The position numbers and the translations under genes were made by a program. A stretch of DNA of 63,429 bases, filler included, from Folioceros fuciformis (taxonomy: Eukaryota), in the NCBI GenBank assembly GCA_049999805.1. It is 4 parts of 4 records of this genome, joined end to end, with 100 filler letters (N's around TTAATTAATTAA, not from the genome) between each part and the next. Parts side by side here need not be neighbours in the genome. Positions count along the whole stretch, not along the records: positions 28,925 to 52,937 come from JBNGIO010005395.1; 3 more parts are not named here. One strand, 5' to 3'. Every line of letters starts with the position of its first letter. The stretch's first letter is position 1. The notes beneath the pieces were generated by a model, which saw only the letters and a program-made list of their open reading frames with translations, did no database searches and was not told where the DNA came from. Shown here piece after piece: positions 37,755-49,601 of this stretch.

Positions 37755-37770
37755 TTAAACCCTAAACCCT
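37755..37770. promoter_or_regulatory. Telo-box-like (aaacccta) repeat just upstream of the MRL7 start codon
   Basis: taaaccctaaaccct lies ~20 bp from the ATG. A similar tract occurs at ~32920-32938. Confidence 0.45.
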
Positions 37771-38144
37771 CAGCTGGGCTTCGTTAGCTTTCAGCTCCAG
37801 GCACCCTATTTCGTTTGCAGTGATCAGCTGTCTTGACCATGAGTGTGTCCAGATTACTGAACCGTAGCCATGTGCATCCCGTGTTAGCCTACAAGGTGAA
37901 CAGCTTTGATGCCATCTCCAAGCTCTCATTTTCTAGTTGAGTGCTGCGTGATGTTGACGTTACATTGTCCTAGGCCTCACGTTCATCCAAAGCTGCGGAT
38001 GCTTGTTTTCCGCCCGGTAGACGACGAGGCTTCCTCGCTTGTGTAATGGCACAGCCGTCACTTCATTCTCTGACCCAGCCACTAGGGAAGCGGGATGGGA
38101 GGGGTGGACCTCACTCCGTTTCGCCCACCTAGCCACTACAGGGT

Positions 38145-38700
38145 TTTGCTTCTATAACCCCAGACTGACATCGTCCACTGTTCAGGATGAAGACAGCTCG
38201 TCTTGTATGGATTTGGATGTCTGTGTACTCACCCTGACAAAATGACGTCGACAGCTTGGAGCCTGCAGGATCCAAAGACACTTCTTACGTGCTGACCCAG
38301 GACGCGCACACGATTAAAAGACTAGTTGCACGACTCCGAGACTGATTCAAAAAGACTTTGAATCGCCAACGATGACGACAACCCAGGCCATGCAACTTGA
38401 GCCCCAAGGTCCCCCTAAATGTATTAGCTGACTGTTTGTTTGACCTGAGATTGTGCTCACTTGACGGTCATGTTCGACCATCTAACAAAGAATCAGGCAG
38501 TCAGCTTCCCAACAGGTGAATGCCCTTAGACAGTGCCTTCACCTGTACTTCATGAGTGTCAACAAAGCCCGGACGCTCATGGCGCAGTAAACACTGCCGG
38601 AGGCAGCTCCTCAACCTTGCCCGTAACCATGCCGGCAGTACACACTCCTGTGATACACTTGTAGAAACAAAGGTCACTGTCCTGTTAAAGCTTACAAACT
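38145..38700 (+). pseudogene. Degenerate duplicate of the 3' part (exons 3-5, introns, 3' UTR) of the DUF677 gene at 34332
   Basis: Colinear with ~35470-36070: cctgacaaaa..cagctt, tacgtg.tgaccca, cgactccga, gaatcgcca, ggtcatg.tcg.ccatct, ttcatga.tgtcaacaaagc, ctgtt.aa.cttacaaa. Contains frameshifts and stops. Confidence 0.85.
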
Positions 38701-41700
38701 TCACCCGACATATCCGCTGACGAAAGCAAAAATGTCTTGAGCAGCAAGCTGCTGACATCCAATGAGGTGGACCGTTCAGCTACATCAGGCAGCTCTGAAG
38801 GGGGACGTGGTTGGGTTGCTTTCGCATCAGCAACGTTGGATGGTTTTTTGGTGAATTTGATCGGAGGACAATGGACAGAAGTGGAAGAAGCCTCTACGCT
38901 ACACACCCAATCAATTCTGATACAGGAGATAATTTTGCAAGATAATCATGTTACTCGTAACAGGTAGATAACGCATGAAAGAAATGATTCGAGAGTGTCA
39001 AGCTAATCAACGAACCAGGAGGCAAGCCGAGCAGGAACTTGTCAGAGTGCGGATGGGTGGGGACGATATGCTGGATGTACGAGGCTCGTCGTCGCCTTGA
39101 ATCCTTCCTGTAACGACTGTGCTTCCCAAGAATCTTCCGGCATCTCCTAGAATACACCGGAAATTACACGGCCCCAGGAAACGGATAACGGATAACGGAG
39201 AATGGATGTCCATACCCCTTCAAGGGTGCAGCTTCCACAGTCGGTTTCAACGTGGTGCGGGGTCCATGGCGGGATTCCAACGAATTAAACGCTACCACGT
39301 GCAATACAGACATCAGCAGGGTACAAGGGGTGACGTTCAACAAGGTGAAGTGAAAAAAAGTCGGGTGTTGTGGGTTGGATAGAAGTGTAGCAGTGTCTGC
39401 CGGCCATTGCTTTGCGGAATGGCCGGAGATGTCGATAAGGGCGGTAGGCGAAAGCAAGGTGGCAGCCACAGGAGCTACCGAGACCGCACGTACAGATAAA
39501 TCCGTGAGAGTCATGTGCAGAGTGGAGTAGTGTTGTATGTGTTTGCAGACTGTAAAAAGAAGACTCCCTCTTTTATGCGATTCCCCCGGCCACAAAGAAA
39601 GGGAGTAAATTCTGGATAAAGTATTTTGGCGATTCTCCCTGGGGCTGCCAATGCCATGAAGAAATGGGGTCGTTCTGAAAAAGCTAGGCCCTCTCTCAGC
39701 TGGCGGGGGGGCGGACATGCCGCAGACTGTGGCAAAGCGAAGCAAAGAGGAGCCTCTCATATCTCTTCCTTTGAGGAGGTTCCCTTCCCTGGATGTGCAC
39801 TCATTCATCGCACTTGCATGATGTTACAGTACATATACACTAGACAGTCTAGACTGGAGCTGGAGTGAGTGGATGTGAGGTAAAGGAGGGATACATATAC
39901 ATACAGTATGCATACCCGGGGCGGCGGGGCCAGCTACAGCTGGTGATGAAGCCAGAAGCGACGGTTGTTGGAACTTGGGTCACACCAAATGAGCCGCTGA
40001 TGAGTGACAAAGACAGAATGTAAGATGCAGCTGGCACCTCTGTACAGACATCGAATTCAATTGGACAGAGGCTGCAGTTAATACACCAGCAGCTATGAGC
40101 CGTGCGCTTTTTGGCCACCACTCTACACTGCCTTCACTCTTCTGACAAGCTCACGGCCTGTGCACACGCACGACGCACTGCCTTGATGCTCCACTCGAGT
40201 CACTATAATACGTAAACATGATCGGAGCTGTACATTTTTATACATCCCTAGGCACTGCCTGCACCACTGCACCAGGAAGAAGATGCAGCAGCAGGCGTCA
40301 CGGTTGGCGAAGAGCCTCCAGCTGGACAGTTTGTGTGTACAGTGTGAGAGACATATCTGTCCATCGCAGTTCCCAAGAATCACATGTTCACAACAATGAT
40401 AAGCCGCGAGCGAGAGGCTGCACATCACATCCATGAAAGCCAGATGAACCCCTCCACTCCACACAAAGCCCTCCAATGAGAACCGCCCACTTGGCAGATG
40501 CCTCCGACCTCGTCCTTGGCCGGTGATCAGCAGTTCTCATCAGCCGGCTGTTTGTGTGTAACGGTGCGTACAGTACTCTGTCCCCCCACCCCCTGTACAG
40601 TAACTCGAGTCCTAAAACACGGCCGGCCATAACATAACCCCACCTGCCATGTTCTGGACCACAGTACGCCTCCCTTGCCCCCTGCAACCTGCAAAGCACA
40701 GAAACCTAATCCTCAACAGCTGCCTGCAGGCGCAGCACGGCGCAGCCCTGCCCATGTGTCTGTCTATGAGCTTCGGGATGCGTCCATGGTGCAGCAGCGG
40801 GGGAATGGCGCGCAACCTGAGATTTTTCTTCTCCTTTCCCGGCACGACAAGGATGGAAGGCCGAGCGGCATGGGAAGTCGGGCTTGGTCCACAGCATCCC
40901 TCCAATGAGCGACACATTTCTCATCATTTGTACACATTTCTTATGCTCACCAACCCCCGCCGCTGCACGGCTGAGCTGAGCTGAGCTCTCTTCCCTTTCA
41001 AATCCCGGTTCCCGACGCGTCTTGCTCTTGCTGCGGCTTCCTGCTTCATCCTGGCGGGCCCGCACCTCCGGCCAGCGTCGTCTCAACGGCTGTTATCTTA
41101 AATCCCGTCCGAGCAACATGTGAGTGATGATGCAAGTGCCAGAGTCCGTTGTGTATGTTCTCTGTTCATGGTGACACGAAGGGACAAGGTCGTCCAATCC
41201 GCGGGATCCTTTTGATCCCGCCTGACGCCATCGCGCTTCGCATAACAAGTAAACAAAGGAAGAAAGGGCTGCAGCGTGCTGGGGTCGCAGACTCTCATGA
41301 GACGCACGGTACGCACCACTTGGAAGAGAGTCCCCGTCCTCGGGAAGGCGAGGGGATGGGAAGGGAGGGAAGGATGGTGGGGATAGAATATATTTGCATG
41401 TACATACATACAGACGTACATACATACATACATGGTGATGCCATATGGTTCGGGCATTTACGCAAGCTATATCGGGCTTCCCATTTTAGAGGCCAAAGCA
41501 TTGACTTCCGTCCCAATGCCATCAAGTACCACATGAGCTGGAGGCTGGGCCCGGGCCGGGTAGCGTATTTATCCGGCCCGACCCGGGCAGCTTGTGTCCG
41601 GGCGATTGCACGCTTTACATTGTGGCTCGTGTATGCCGTGAAAAATTGGGATGAGATGTGACAACCTGGGTTTAGGCATTAATGTCTCCGGAAATTGACC

Positions 41701-42007
41701 GCCTCGGGTGCCGGTTGCTTGGAGCAGCGACCGCGCTGGTCGTTGGGTCGCGGTCGGGCCGATCCGTGGATCCCGTCCAAGTCTCGCCGTTCCGTTCACC
41801 CGGGCCACGTCCCCGTCCCCGTCCCCGCTAGGATTGTATCGGGATACGGCGGGATTGGGAGCCTGGAGGCCCGATCCGTATCCGGTACCGGCCACGAGGT
41901 GGGCGAGGCGGTCAGCGTAACGAAACGGGCGTCCTCTCACCCGGTCATTATTACGGGGGTCGGGTCCCGTTCCGTGGGGAGTGGTGGAAGTGGGCAGCGC
42001 AGTCCGC

Positions 42008-42101
42008 GGCTGTTGCTGCTGCGGCTGCGGTTTGCTGTTGCTGCTGTTGGGCTGCGGCTGCTTCGGATGCTGCTGTTGGGTTGCTGCTGCTGCTGTTGCT
42101 G
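42008..42101. repeat. Degenerate (CTG/TTG)n trinucleotide tract
   Basis: gctgttgctgctgcggctgc...gctgctgctgctgttgctg. Confidence 0.75.
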
Positions 42102-43064
42102 AGCTTGCCGCTGATGATATAGCCTTTGCTTTGCATCTTCGTGTGATGAGAGACGAATCAGATGATACAAGCCGCGCAGAGACGAAGCCAAGTGGAGGTT
42201 TTGAGCAATGAGAGGCAGCCACGTGATACTTCCGACAGGCACCGGATCGCGGCTCGCTTCTCTTGATCGCTGTTCAGATTTCCATTTTTAGTGCACAGCT
42301 GAAATCCAGAGGGAGGAGATTGAGAAAAGCTGGCATGAGGACCATCCGGGGCCTCTCGATCGCTCTGCTCTGATCTGCTCTCCTCTGCTCTTCCCCTTCT
42401 CTCTCTTTCTTGGATCCCAAGCTCGGTGCCGTCTGCGAGGTCGGAGGACNNNNNNNNNNNNNNNNNNNNNNNNNNNNNNNNNNNNNNNNNNNNNNNNNNN
42501 NNNNNNNNNNNNNNNNNNNNNNNNNNNNNNNNNNNNNNNNNNNNNNNNNGCGGGAGGAGGTAGAGGAAGAGGATGAGAAAGTAGCTGACTTCGGGGTAGT
42601 GGAGGAGGAAGTAGCTGACTTGGGTAGAAGTTTCTGGGTAGGAAAGAGTCAGGCAGTCGGGTCCGCTGGCAGGTTGTCTCTGTGAGCCTGCTGCCTGCCA
42701 TGGTCGGGACAGCGGGGGCCAATTCCGGGGAAGGCTACCTCCGCAGCGCAAGCGGGCGCCGCTGGTGTTGCGTGGGCGGGAGGTGTGCGGGGACTAGTAG
42801 TTAGACGGCGCTTGTGCCAATTCATTGCGGCGGCTTTGCCTTTGCCTTGGTAATTCTGGCGCTGGCCTCGGTTTGAGGAATTTGGGGTGTTGGAGCTGGG
42901 ATTTGCGTGGAGGCTTGTGGGCGCCATGTTGTTGTGGGCGACCGGGAGGAATGTGAGATCGGGCTCGGAATTCGGGCAGGTGTCGCCTTCGTCGTCGTAG
43001 AAGTTGTGCAGGAGAGCAGGATTCAGGGAGGGAGGAAGGGGAGTGGGCTCGCTAGGCCGGAGCG

Positions 43065-46000
43065 ATGGTGTCTTGGAATAATCTGTGTCGCTCTCCGGCG
43101 ACGGCCAGGTTGAATCCGGCCCTGCAGCAGTATTACGCCGAGGAGACAGAGGAATTCTACACCAATCTCGCCAATGGGTTGGATAACCTGGTTGTGACCA
43201 TGGGGGCGGATAGCGTGCGGGTGGAGTGGCTTGAGCTTGCGGTTTCCTTTCTGCGGTCCACGCATTCTGAGGTGCACGTTCTGGTGGACAAGCTCATCCA
43301 CTACGCGTCTCCGAGTATCAAGGTGAGCTTGAGTGGGTCGCCCACTTGGCCTTGTCTTGTTGGGTTTGTGTGTATTGCTGCATCACAATGCTTGCTGATT
43401 CCTCCTCTTCTTCTGCCGGGTTGAGCTGTTGCAGCCCGAGTGGATGGAGGCCTACATGGAGGAAAGCGGGAGGCTGCTGGAAGTCTGCGAGAAGCTCAGG
43501 CCAGGGATTGAGCGAATTGAGAGATATGAGATGTGTGTGGAGCTGGCTTCCCGTGCGCTCTCCAATCTGGATCTGGATGCCATCCAGGCTGACCTTATGC
43601 GATGCCTCACTCGGGAAGCAGCCAGCAGCAGGAGCATGAAGATGACCCCTGAGGAGGACCCGCCCTTGAGGAGGGCTCCTCCGAGCAGGGAGTCTTTCGA
43701 GTTTCCTGTCACAGCCACCTCACCCATGGACACTTCTCCGGTCATGCCCAGCTCTCCTCTCATGGTGCTTGATGTTTGCAAGAAGGCAGACAAACTGATT
43801 CAGTCCATTGAGTCCATGAATCTGGGCAGCAGTGCTGATTCCTCAGCTGGACAAGGTGGAGAGCCTGAAGGTTCCCTGGCTCGTGATGCAGTGTCTTTGA
43901 GGTCACAGTTCATAGCGCTTGATCAGCACACTGGGGGGGATGAGCAGCTCGATCCCTGGCAGTATGGCATGGAAGATTTGGAGTCGCTGGTGGCGGAGGC
44001 GGAGAAGCTTTTGTACATGAGGAGACCTGGCAGCTTGACTGAACCGCCGTCTCCCCCTCCTGGCCTGTTTGATGGGCCCGTTCCTGTGCTCCCACGACCC
44101 TCAGATACTGGCAGCCCCTTGCGTCCCTTCAAGATGGATTCCAACTTCAAGATAGACATCTCTCCTTCCAAGTCTTCTGACAGCTCCAGCTCACCTCATA
44201 GCAGTAGGCGTCGATCAAGCGAATCCAAGTCTGGATCCCGAAAGCCGCCTATCTATCCTCATTCTGACAGACAACTGACGGCCGCTACTAACAGTGATGC
44301 GGAGGCGACAAGCAACAGGCACAGCAGCCGAAATCTCGCTGGTGAAGCAGAACCCACCAGCAGCAGGCATAGCAGACAGATGTCGTGTGACTCTGTCTCT
44401 TCGGTGAGTACCACGTTTGAGCAGATTTCAGCTCCCATCATCTCTCAGTTTGAGGCCAGCTTGACTGCTCTTCGTGAATGCAAGGAGGAGATATCCAGGG
44501 AATGGACGTCTAGTAGAACAATGGAGACCCAGGAGTTGATTGCGGATGGAGATGGTGATGGCTCTTCCAGGAGTGGCATATCTGCAAGCTTTAACAAGTA
44601 TTTTAAAAGCCGCCCGAGTATGGAGTCAGGCAGGACGAGTAGTAGCCGAAGGAGGTTGTCGACAGAAGGGAGTAAGCTTGCACAGTTTCTTGAAACCCTG
44701 ACCAGTGACAATGAAGAGGACGAGGTACCGGGGATAGGGGTCAGAAGAAGTTCTTCAGACCTGAGTGATGCGCACTTGCGGTCAGAGAAACCGATGCAGA
44801 CCATGAGCCCCATAACGGAGAGGGAAGATGATGCTGCAACCGAGGTTTTTGCGATGCGGGGTAGTGTGGCGGGAGTAAGCGGTAGTGGAGATGCGGGTGT
44901 GCATGATGAGCCTTCAGTGCAGGCAGAGGTATCAGAGGAGAGAGACTTGCTGAAGGTTGAACCGGAGAACACCCGTCAATCATTGAAGGGACTGGCAGGA
45001 CAAGATCCTCCGAGGGTCCCATCTCGAAGTGCTCCATATGTGGCGAGTAGTGGAGAGCAGGTTGCTCCGGGGTCCTCAGAGCATTCAGAGGTGCCAGACA
45101 AGAGGAACTCGTGGAGGGCTAGACCTAACAGAAGTTTTCAGGCAGAGAAAGGACCAATACTAGATTCTCCAAGCTTTCTAGTCCAAGATGCTTTGGCAGT
45201 GGTGGACAGTGGGGAGCTGGTTGCTCACGACACACCAGCTCAGACGAAGCCTCCAGAACAAGGAGACTGGACGAGGGGCAGCAGGGCTGACAGAAATCGT
45301 CAGGAAGTGAAAGGGACAGGACCTGACTCTCCAAGGTATGAAGGCCTGGCAGCGGGTAAAGTAATAGGTGGGGAGCTAGTTGGTCGTGAGCCACCACAGG
45401 CACAGGCAGAGGTACCAGCAGAAAAGAAAGTTTCCCTGATGGATAGAACACAGCAAACAGGCGAAAGAGCGGATTCTCCCAGGCGGAATGTTAAGGGTCT
45501 CTTCTACATGCACAATTCAGAATGGAAGGACCGTGTGGAACCTCCATCCAATGCTGAACAGCAGCAAGCTGAGTCTTCTCGGAGTAAGAAGGGACAGGAT
45601 GCCAGGTCGACAAGCCCTCGAAGACGAATAAGCCAGAGTCTGGATGAGATTGCAATCGACAGGCTCCACGCCGAGATGAAACCTTTTCTTAGCAGGCCTG
45701 CTAGAGGGAACGATACTGAGGCTAGCACTATTAACCAGGCTCCTCTCATGCTGGAGGAAGATACTGCTCGCTTTGGACGGCAGGAGCAGGGATATACCAC
45801 CGCCACAAGCAGTACCGGGAGTGGTGGACGTATGCACAGAAGAAGTGGAAGTCTTGATGCAGCAACGCGCGCGACAGGGAAGGGGACATGGCAGAATGAC
45901 AGGACGGAAGCCATACTGACGGCTTATTTGACTAGGAGGAAAGCTGAGAGTCGGCTTCTTTCTCTCAACTCTGAGATCACAGAGGAGAGCCATTCATCTT

Positions 46001-48120
46001 CTGCAGGAGCTAGTCCAAGTCGACGGGACACTCGAAGTACAGCGAGGGTGAAAAGGTTGGATGAGCCTGAGAGTGCTTCACTGTCCGACATCTTCCCAGA
46101 AGTAGTCGCTGATTTCAGGAGAAACTCACGGGGTTTAGTAACTGGGGAATCACGGCCTCTGGAGCAAGCTGGTGCGTCATCGGAAGCCCGTGTTGAAGAT
46201 GTGAGCAGGGAGTCTTCGACGGACCTGAGGAGTAAGAGCTCAGAAGCGGTCAGTGTTTGGCGAGCGGCTCAATTGTCTACTGATGACTCTGCCAATGATG
46301 CCATACATGCTCGACAAGAGTCAGCCAAGCACCTGAGACCAAGCGGGAGAGTGGAGCCTCAGCACTTGTCAAATGTGGTGGCGAAGTTTGAATCCTTCTT
46401 TGATGCAGAGTTTGATGCAAAGCATGACATCAAGGGTGCAGAGAAACACGTGCCGAAGAACTTGTCAACAGATTTTGCACCCAAGATGAAGGTGTACGAG
46501 AATCCTCTGCACAGGCCTGAGCCTGGGGGACCCTTGCCGGCTCCGCTGATGAAGCGCAGGATTAGCAGGGATATCCGCCGCAGCATGGCATCCGCATCTC
46601 CCTCTCGATTTTGGAGAATCGAATCCCCTGCTCGTCTCTGGAGGAGGAGTACCTCGCCTGGTCATTTTCGAGGTAGAGGTATGCAGGCAAGCCCTGGTCG
46701 ACAGCGACAGTCATTTGCATCTTCCGCCTCCCCCCACAGACTGAGCCTGAATTTCTTCAGCCATATGAAGCATTGGATTAGTCATCACGGAGAGCATGAT
46801 GATGAGTATGTCGGGGATGATACAGCACCCGATAACCTGAGAAGATCCAAGTCTGCCAGCAACTCCAAGGCAAGTCCCCATCATCGTTATGCTCTGATGA
46901 AAAGCCCTGGTAGAATGAGCTTGAATCTTTTCACGTTCCAAAAGGGTGCAACATCCTTTGTGAAGAATTTCGGGTCTGCGGCCATGAAGCAGTGTGCACA
47001 TCCCACTCGCGGCAGTTCCAAGTGGACCGGCCTCGGAGGTGTGTTCCTGGCCACTAAGGCGTCTACAGGGGTCGTTTCAAGCTTCCTTCTGTGGATTTTG
47101 GCAAGAAGTGATGCTGATGTGCACCCGAGCTTACTGCACGCGGACGTGCAGTACACCATTCGCAAGATAGAAAATCACTGGTCAAGCTCACTCAGCAAGT
47201 TGCAGGAAAGAGTGTCCAGGTTCGATGTGGAGCAGAGGCAAACTGTGTCTAACAGGAAAGGGGCAGATGCAGGTGGAATGGAGCCTAGCAGGCATAGTCA
47301 TTCTTCTTCTGATGAGAGGAAAGGCAAGAAACGGTTTAGCCTGGATCTCAAGCCTCGTCCACGCAAGTCTGCTGATCACGGTGACAAGAGGCCTACGGAG
47401 CAGGGCAATCCCAGGCGGTCCATAAAGATGGAGAGACCTGCGTCTTTTGATCACGGGAGCACGGAGCCAGTAGAAGGATCAGAGAAGCCGTCCAAGCCTA
47501 GAATCAGCCCCTGCTTCCACATCCAAGAGCTCAAGGAAGTGCACAAATGCGTGGAAGAGCTTCACGTGGGGCTTGAATTCCTTTTCTCAGCTTGCCTATC
47601 TGCCTTAGGGAAAAATTCAGCGACGCTTGACCAACTTCCGCAGGAGAAGATCATCAGAGAATGCGTACCCACAGAGAACCCGTCGAATTCGAGCAGCAGG
47701 AGGAAGCTATTCGACACGGAACATAAAGACGGACAAGTTCAGGGACACGGAACTTCAAGCCCAACCCTCCCCATGGAAGCGAAGAACAGAAACGTGGGTG
47801 AGGACGGCGAGAAAGGTGCGACCTCGGACCCCACTTACTCGGAATTGAAGTCGCACAGAAGAAAGACTACCGAAGGCAGATCCCAACCTGTTTCCTACGC
47901 TGGATCCAGTTTCTCCTTCGAGTTGGACAATGTGAATAAGGAACAGGTGAAGGCAGTGGAGGCCATTTTTGAAGACTGGAGATCAGGCAAGATGGCTGAG
48001 ACGGTGCGCAGATTGCATCAGAACATGGAAGAGTTTCGGTCAAGCCTGAAAACCGTCTCCCGGGAGGTGGATGATCTCTGTGCAGAGGTGCAGAGCGGCA
48101 GGAAAACGTTAGGAGAGTAG
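43065..48120 (+). CDS. Giant BPS1/DUF793-like protein, ~1647 aa, 2 exons (43065-43322, 43435-48120), domain split by a >1000-aa S/R/E/P-rich insert
   Basis: N-half VRVEWLELAVSFLRSTHSEV..EWMEAYMEESGRLLEVCEKL. C-half GVFLATKASTGVVSSFLLWIL, HWSSSLSKLQERV, ELKEVHKCVEEL, LKTVSREVDDLCAEVQSGRKTL. 4.7 kb stop-free exon; phase-0 gtgag...gcag intron. Confidence 0.85.
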
Positions 48121-49601
48121 GTTCTGCTCTGGCGTGAATTTCGACTCTCTCATGAATTTGCACATGGTCGATGTCCTGCAGTCTGCAAGGAACATGCCAT
48201 AGAGCACATGTTGTAACATAGCTTTACTTGTGTGTGCCGACAAATGCTCGTCACCCTTCAAGTTGGATCTTGATCAATGCTTAACAGGACTCGGACTTGA
48301 CTCTTCTGATGAGAGTGCAGAAGGTTCCCGTTATTGGCTTGATCAACACATCTGCCCAAGTGCATGGTTTCACGTGCTAGGTCGGCGGGTGTGTCTGATT
48401 CCTTGATCTAAAATCAGGAAGGTTTGGGCGCCCACAATAAGACTAGTAGACGAATCATCTTTGTTTATAAATAGCTCCCATGGCCGTGCACTCCACTGCC
48501 TGCACTGTGAAGCCCAGTGTCCGCCTACCATTCTCTAAGCGTGGCCCCTCTTCCGTTGTGGCAACAGCGTGGCGTCCATATCTGGCCATAAATCAGCAGC
48601 ATGCGTGGCTCACGCTCTTGTACACAGACCAGTCGCAACTTTGTACAGGTCCTTGGGTTGCTATTTAGATGGGGTCTGCTATAATAGGGTTCCACAGCTA
48701 AGCATCAGGCAATCCACGCAGGAAAACCAAGTCTTGTGGGCTGGCCGACAAATAAAATGGTCTCGCTGGCCCTCCCCAGATTGGCCAGATGTGGCTTGTT
48801 GCCATATTCTGCTTGCTAGTACGACATATTATGTATATACAACAAGAAGCAGCGGCCTGCACCGTGTTCTACTCGTTAGTCATCTGTGCACTGAGAGGTC
48901 TCCATCCAGAGGTCATCTACTGTCGTGCTCGTCCCTGAAGCACGACAGTATATTCTGGTGATTTTTGATGGCCTGAGTGGAGAGAGATTTTGTGGAGGCA
49001 CCAACCGGGGCTAGACCATGGTGGCGTGAGCATATTGTATTTGTTAATGTTGTACCTGTTCATGATGTGCTTACAGACTATTCGGGTCCATCTCAACTGT
49101 CTGCTGCCAGGCTACTGGTGAGTGTAGATCGTCCAATAGGCAAATGAGGACTTAGGCGGTTTCACAGTCGACTGCTGGTGCATGTGGGTAAACAATCTTG
49201 AACAGGTTGCTTGATTCTGCGCTCTCGTGGTTTTGCTGAGGATTTTCCGGTCGCCGTCCTGCTTATCATCTGCTCTTGGAACATGTTGCTTCTTTGTGAT
49301 GTCGATCACCTCTCCATGAAATCGGTAGCTGGGTTGATGCACCTCACTATCTTCTTTGGGCTTCATTTCTGAACATCATACTTGTCAGCCTGAGGCCAGG
49401 GCCTTTCTTTCCTTCCTTCCTTCATGCCTCATCTGGATGGATGGATGGATGTGTGTCAGTCCTAGCTGCTGGTGACTGATCTGGTTCGTGGATCGCTTGT
49501 ATTCCGCGTTGAGAAGCAGCGTAGAGATTTAGCTGGACAAGGAGCTAGCAGAGGTCAGAGCTTTAAGAACGTTGGAGACAGGGCTAGTGAGTGAGTGCAC
49601 C

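Noticed and set aside
40612-40917. Possible CxxCxGxG DnaJ-type zinc finger by splicing CCACR to GQG
   Set aside because: Needs a ~40-nt non-canonical intron and there is no second motif; likely chance.
41569-42222. 217-aa minus ORF resembling a transit-peptide protein with poly-Q
   Set aside because: Begins at GTG with no early in-frame ATG, openness is explained by GC-rich trinucleotide repeats, and it has no known domain.
43452-47454. Numerous minus-strand ORFs within the giant gene
   Set aside because: Shadow ORFs of the long + strand coding exon.
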